Positions 62,385 through 64,000 of a stretch of 64,000 bases of DNA are shown piece by piece. The translations under genes were made by a program, and so were the position numbers. The notes below the pieces were generated by a model. It was not told where the DNA came from. It did not search any database and saw only the letters and a program-made list of their open reading frames with translations. Each line of letters begins with the position of its first letter. The first letter of the stretch is position 1. Source of the stretch: Alphaproteobacteria bacterium (lineage in GTDB: Bacteria > Pseudomonadota > Alphaproteobacteria > RF32 > CAG-239); NCBI GenBank assembly GCA_045116295.1, contig JBGULQ010000008.1, forward strand, positions 13,147 through 77,146. The letters run 5' to 3'.

Positions 62385-63368
62385 TTATCCTTCATTTGAT
62401 GACGTATCAGTGAAGACTACACCTTGCAAAGCGGCATTTGACATAGTCAAGTTACCGGCCCAACCGATGATTTTATAAATTGCATCTTGGTTGACTGACA
62501 TTCTCTCACCACCGATTACTTTCATGTTGCGGTCTTTATGAGTACGCAAATACAAATAATTGGTATTAAGAAAATACATTTTGCCATCGGGGCAGCAACC
62601 ACCTTGACCACCATCACATACAACATCTGCACCCTTAAAGCGCAAGGCTTCAAAACCGGCATCTGCAAGTCTTGTATCAACAAAACGCTGCTGAGCAGTT
62701 AATGACTGTTCAAACAATGAATACCACTCATCACCGGTGACAATCAAATCCGGCTTATCAATGCCGCGTGTCAATGACATATACATTGAATCCATTGCTG
62801 AACGCAGACTATCAGATGTAATCGTGCCGGTAAGTTCTTTGGCTTTGTTACGCCAAAACTCGTTACCTGCGGTTGCACGATTGATGTTGCCTACGGTGCC
62901 ACTGCTTGGAAAATCAGCTACCAACAAACTCAACCCACCAATTGATTTGCCGTTATAACCTGTACCATCACTGTATACAGCTTCGGCCATTTTATTGCTC
63001 ATAGTCTTAACTGCGTTTTCAATGCGCTTTTCAAACAAATCTATCATTTGATATTGACCAGAATTTTTGAGCAATTCTTCACCGGAAATGGCAACAGGAA
63101 CAGCACATAATTTTAATGAGTATTCGGCTGCGCTGAACAGTTGTTTTGGGGTATATGTAATTGTGTCATATCCTGAATACCAAGACAAGTCACCTTCTCC
63201 GTATTCAAGTTCTTCAATAATTTTTGAACCGCCGGCAAGCATGCGGTTGTGTCCTTTTTCTTGCAGACGTTTTAACAATGCATTGTTGTTAGAAACAGCA
63301 TCTGCAAGCTGGCCGCTACGGCTGGTAAGTGTGGTTGTAAAAATATCATTATAATCGTTATTAGCCAT
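62385..63368 (-). CDS. phage major capsid protein
   Basis: 327 aa. I assign it from its position after the scaffold-like gene, its size, the strong terminator behind it, and general likeness to T7 gp10-class capsid proteins. Confidence 0.6.
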   Translation of the reverse strand: MANNDYNDIFTTTLTSRSGQLADAVSNNNALLKRLQEKGHNRMLAGGSKIIEELEYGEGDLSWYSGYDTITYTPKQLFSAAEYSLKLCAVPVAISGEELLKNSGQYQMIDLFEKRIENAVKTMSNKMAEAVYSDGTGYNGKSIGGLSLLVADFPSSGTVGNINRATAGNEFWRNKAKELTGTITSDSLRSAMDSMYMSLTRGIDKPDLIVTGDEWYSLFEQSLTAQQRFVDTRLADAGFEALRFKGADVVCDGGQGGCCPDGKMYFLNTNYLYLRTHKDRNMKVIGGERMSVNQDAIYKIIGWAGNLTMSNAALQGVVFTDTSSNEG

Positions 63369-63390
63369 GTTTTTATCCTTCTATAATTGA

Positions 63391-64000
63391 TTATTGTTCA
63401 TCCAATTGTGCAAATTGGCGTTCAAGAATTTGTCTTGTGGTAAGACCTGTGTAATCATCATCATTGCTACGATGTCCGGTTACAGAAAAAGCAGCCTCTT
63501 TGGCTGCTTTTGCTTCTTCAGCTTTTGCCAATAATTCAGCCTCATGTTTGTTCTTGTCGTCAAACGCAGTACGCAATGCAGATACACTCTCAATCAGCAT
63601 ATTCATGCCGTTTAGCAATGCATCAGTCTTGGCACTGTTTTCGCTACAAATTTGGGCGGTATTGCTATCAGAACTTTGTCCCATATCAATACCATATACG
63701 CGAGCCAAAAATTGCAAAACTGCCGCCGGATTTTGCTCAATCAGATCCTCTGCCAAAATAAGATGTTCAATCCACTCTCTGGCGTTTTTGAACCCTCTTT
63801 TTGAGCCTTTTGAGCTGAAAGCATCATCAATAAAACGCCGAGCGTTGACCTCGGCGTTTAATTCTTCAAGCGATTTTGAAAATTCGCCTTCTCGTTCATA
63901 AAGATATTTGCGAACTTCAAATGGCAATCCTTTAAACAATTCGCGAATTTCTCCGATATAGGCTTCGGGAGCTTCTGCAAACTGTTCATCAGAAACAATA
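63391..64000 (-). CDS. scaffolding-like protein (partial; frame stays open to the window edge)
   Basis: It has an Ala/Glu-rich helical C-terminus (..HEAELLAKAEEAKAAKEAAF..). The M shown at 63939 in the track is a TTG codon, and the frame continues upstream (..IVSDEQFAEAPEAYIGEIRELFKGL..). Confidence 0.5.
   Translation of the reverse strand, partial: IVSDEQFAEAPEAYIGEIRELFKGLPFEVRKYLYEREGEFSKSLEELNAEVNARRFIDDAFSSKGSKRGFKNAREWIEHLILAEDLIEQNPAAVLQFLARVYGIDMGQSSDSNTAQICSENSAKTDALLNGMNMLIESVSALRTAFDDKNKHEAELLAKAEEAKAAKEAAFSVTGHRSNDDDYTGLTTRQILERQFAQLDEQ

Larger units (their letters stand above)
55904..64000 (-). mobile_element. T7-supergroup-like (podovirus-type) prophage or prophage remnant, structural and lysis end; continues beyond the window
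   Basis: It is a co-linear minus-strand block. The order is scaffold, major capsid, terminator, 194-aa ORF, gp11-like, gp12-like, GNAT, S74-chaperone fibre protein, Ig-like protein, tail fibre, holin, endolysin, small TM protein and the two spanins. The genes are tightly packed, with overlapping stops and starts. Confidence 0.8.

Overview
The window is 64 kb of AT-rich bacterial chromosome. I assign it to an alphaproteobacterium from several markers read in the sequence. These are a circularly permuted (two-piece) tmRNA with an ANDNELAPVALAA tag, an alpha-type SspB next to it, an lpxA-lpxI-lpxB cluster, MipZ and DUF1150. The many orphan secreted or repeat proteins hint at a host-associated lineage (Holosporales or Rickettsiales-like), but that is a guess. 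About three quarters of the window is ordinary housekeeping synteny: lipid A genes, pta-ackA, uppP, xseA, mtaB-ftsY, thyA-folA, folD, miaB-phoH-ybeY-corC-lnt, metK-trmB, infA and mipZ. Five accessory regions stand out. (1) 47.1-51.6 kb is an AT-rich island abutting tRNA-Lys(CUU). It carries a duplicated 50-aa N-terminal module on genes with different C-termini (one glycine-zipper rich and frameshifted), paralogous small multi-TM proteins, an orphan phage tail-collar gene, and a 57-nt identical double-terminator leader as direct repeats. I rate this the best candidate for an undescribed toxin/immunity-like or exclusion-like system. (2) 55.9-64.0 kb is the end of a T7-like (podovirus-type) prophage. 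It has scaffold, capsid, gp11/gp12-like genes, an embedded GNAT, fibres and a complete five-gene lysis cassette. (3) 23.9-27.7 kb is a 1278-aa protein with 16 tandem 39-aa helical repeats and a C-terminal GNAT, which looks effector-like. (4) 15.1-18.0 kb is a very AT-rich GT2/TagF-type fusion glycosyltransferase followed by a deleted duplicate of itself. (5) Two enzymes have substituted catalytic residues: an archaemetzincin-like protein with HTxxH and an alpha/beta hydrolase with GxTxG. All functional calls rest on motifs I recognise in the supplied translations or in my own hand translations. No database search, alignment statistic or folding calculation was run.
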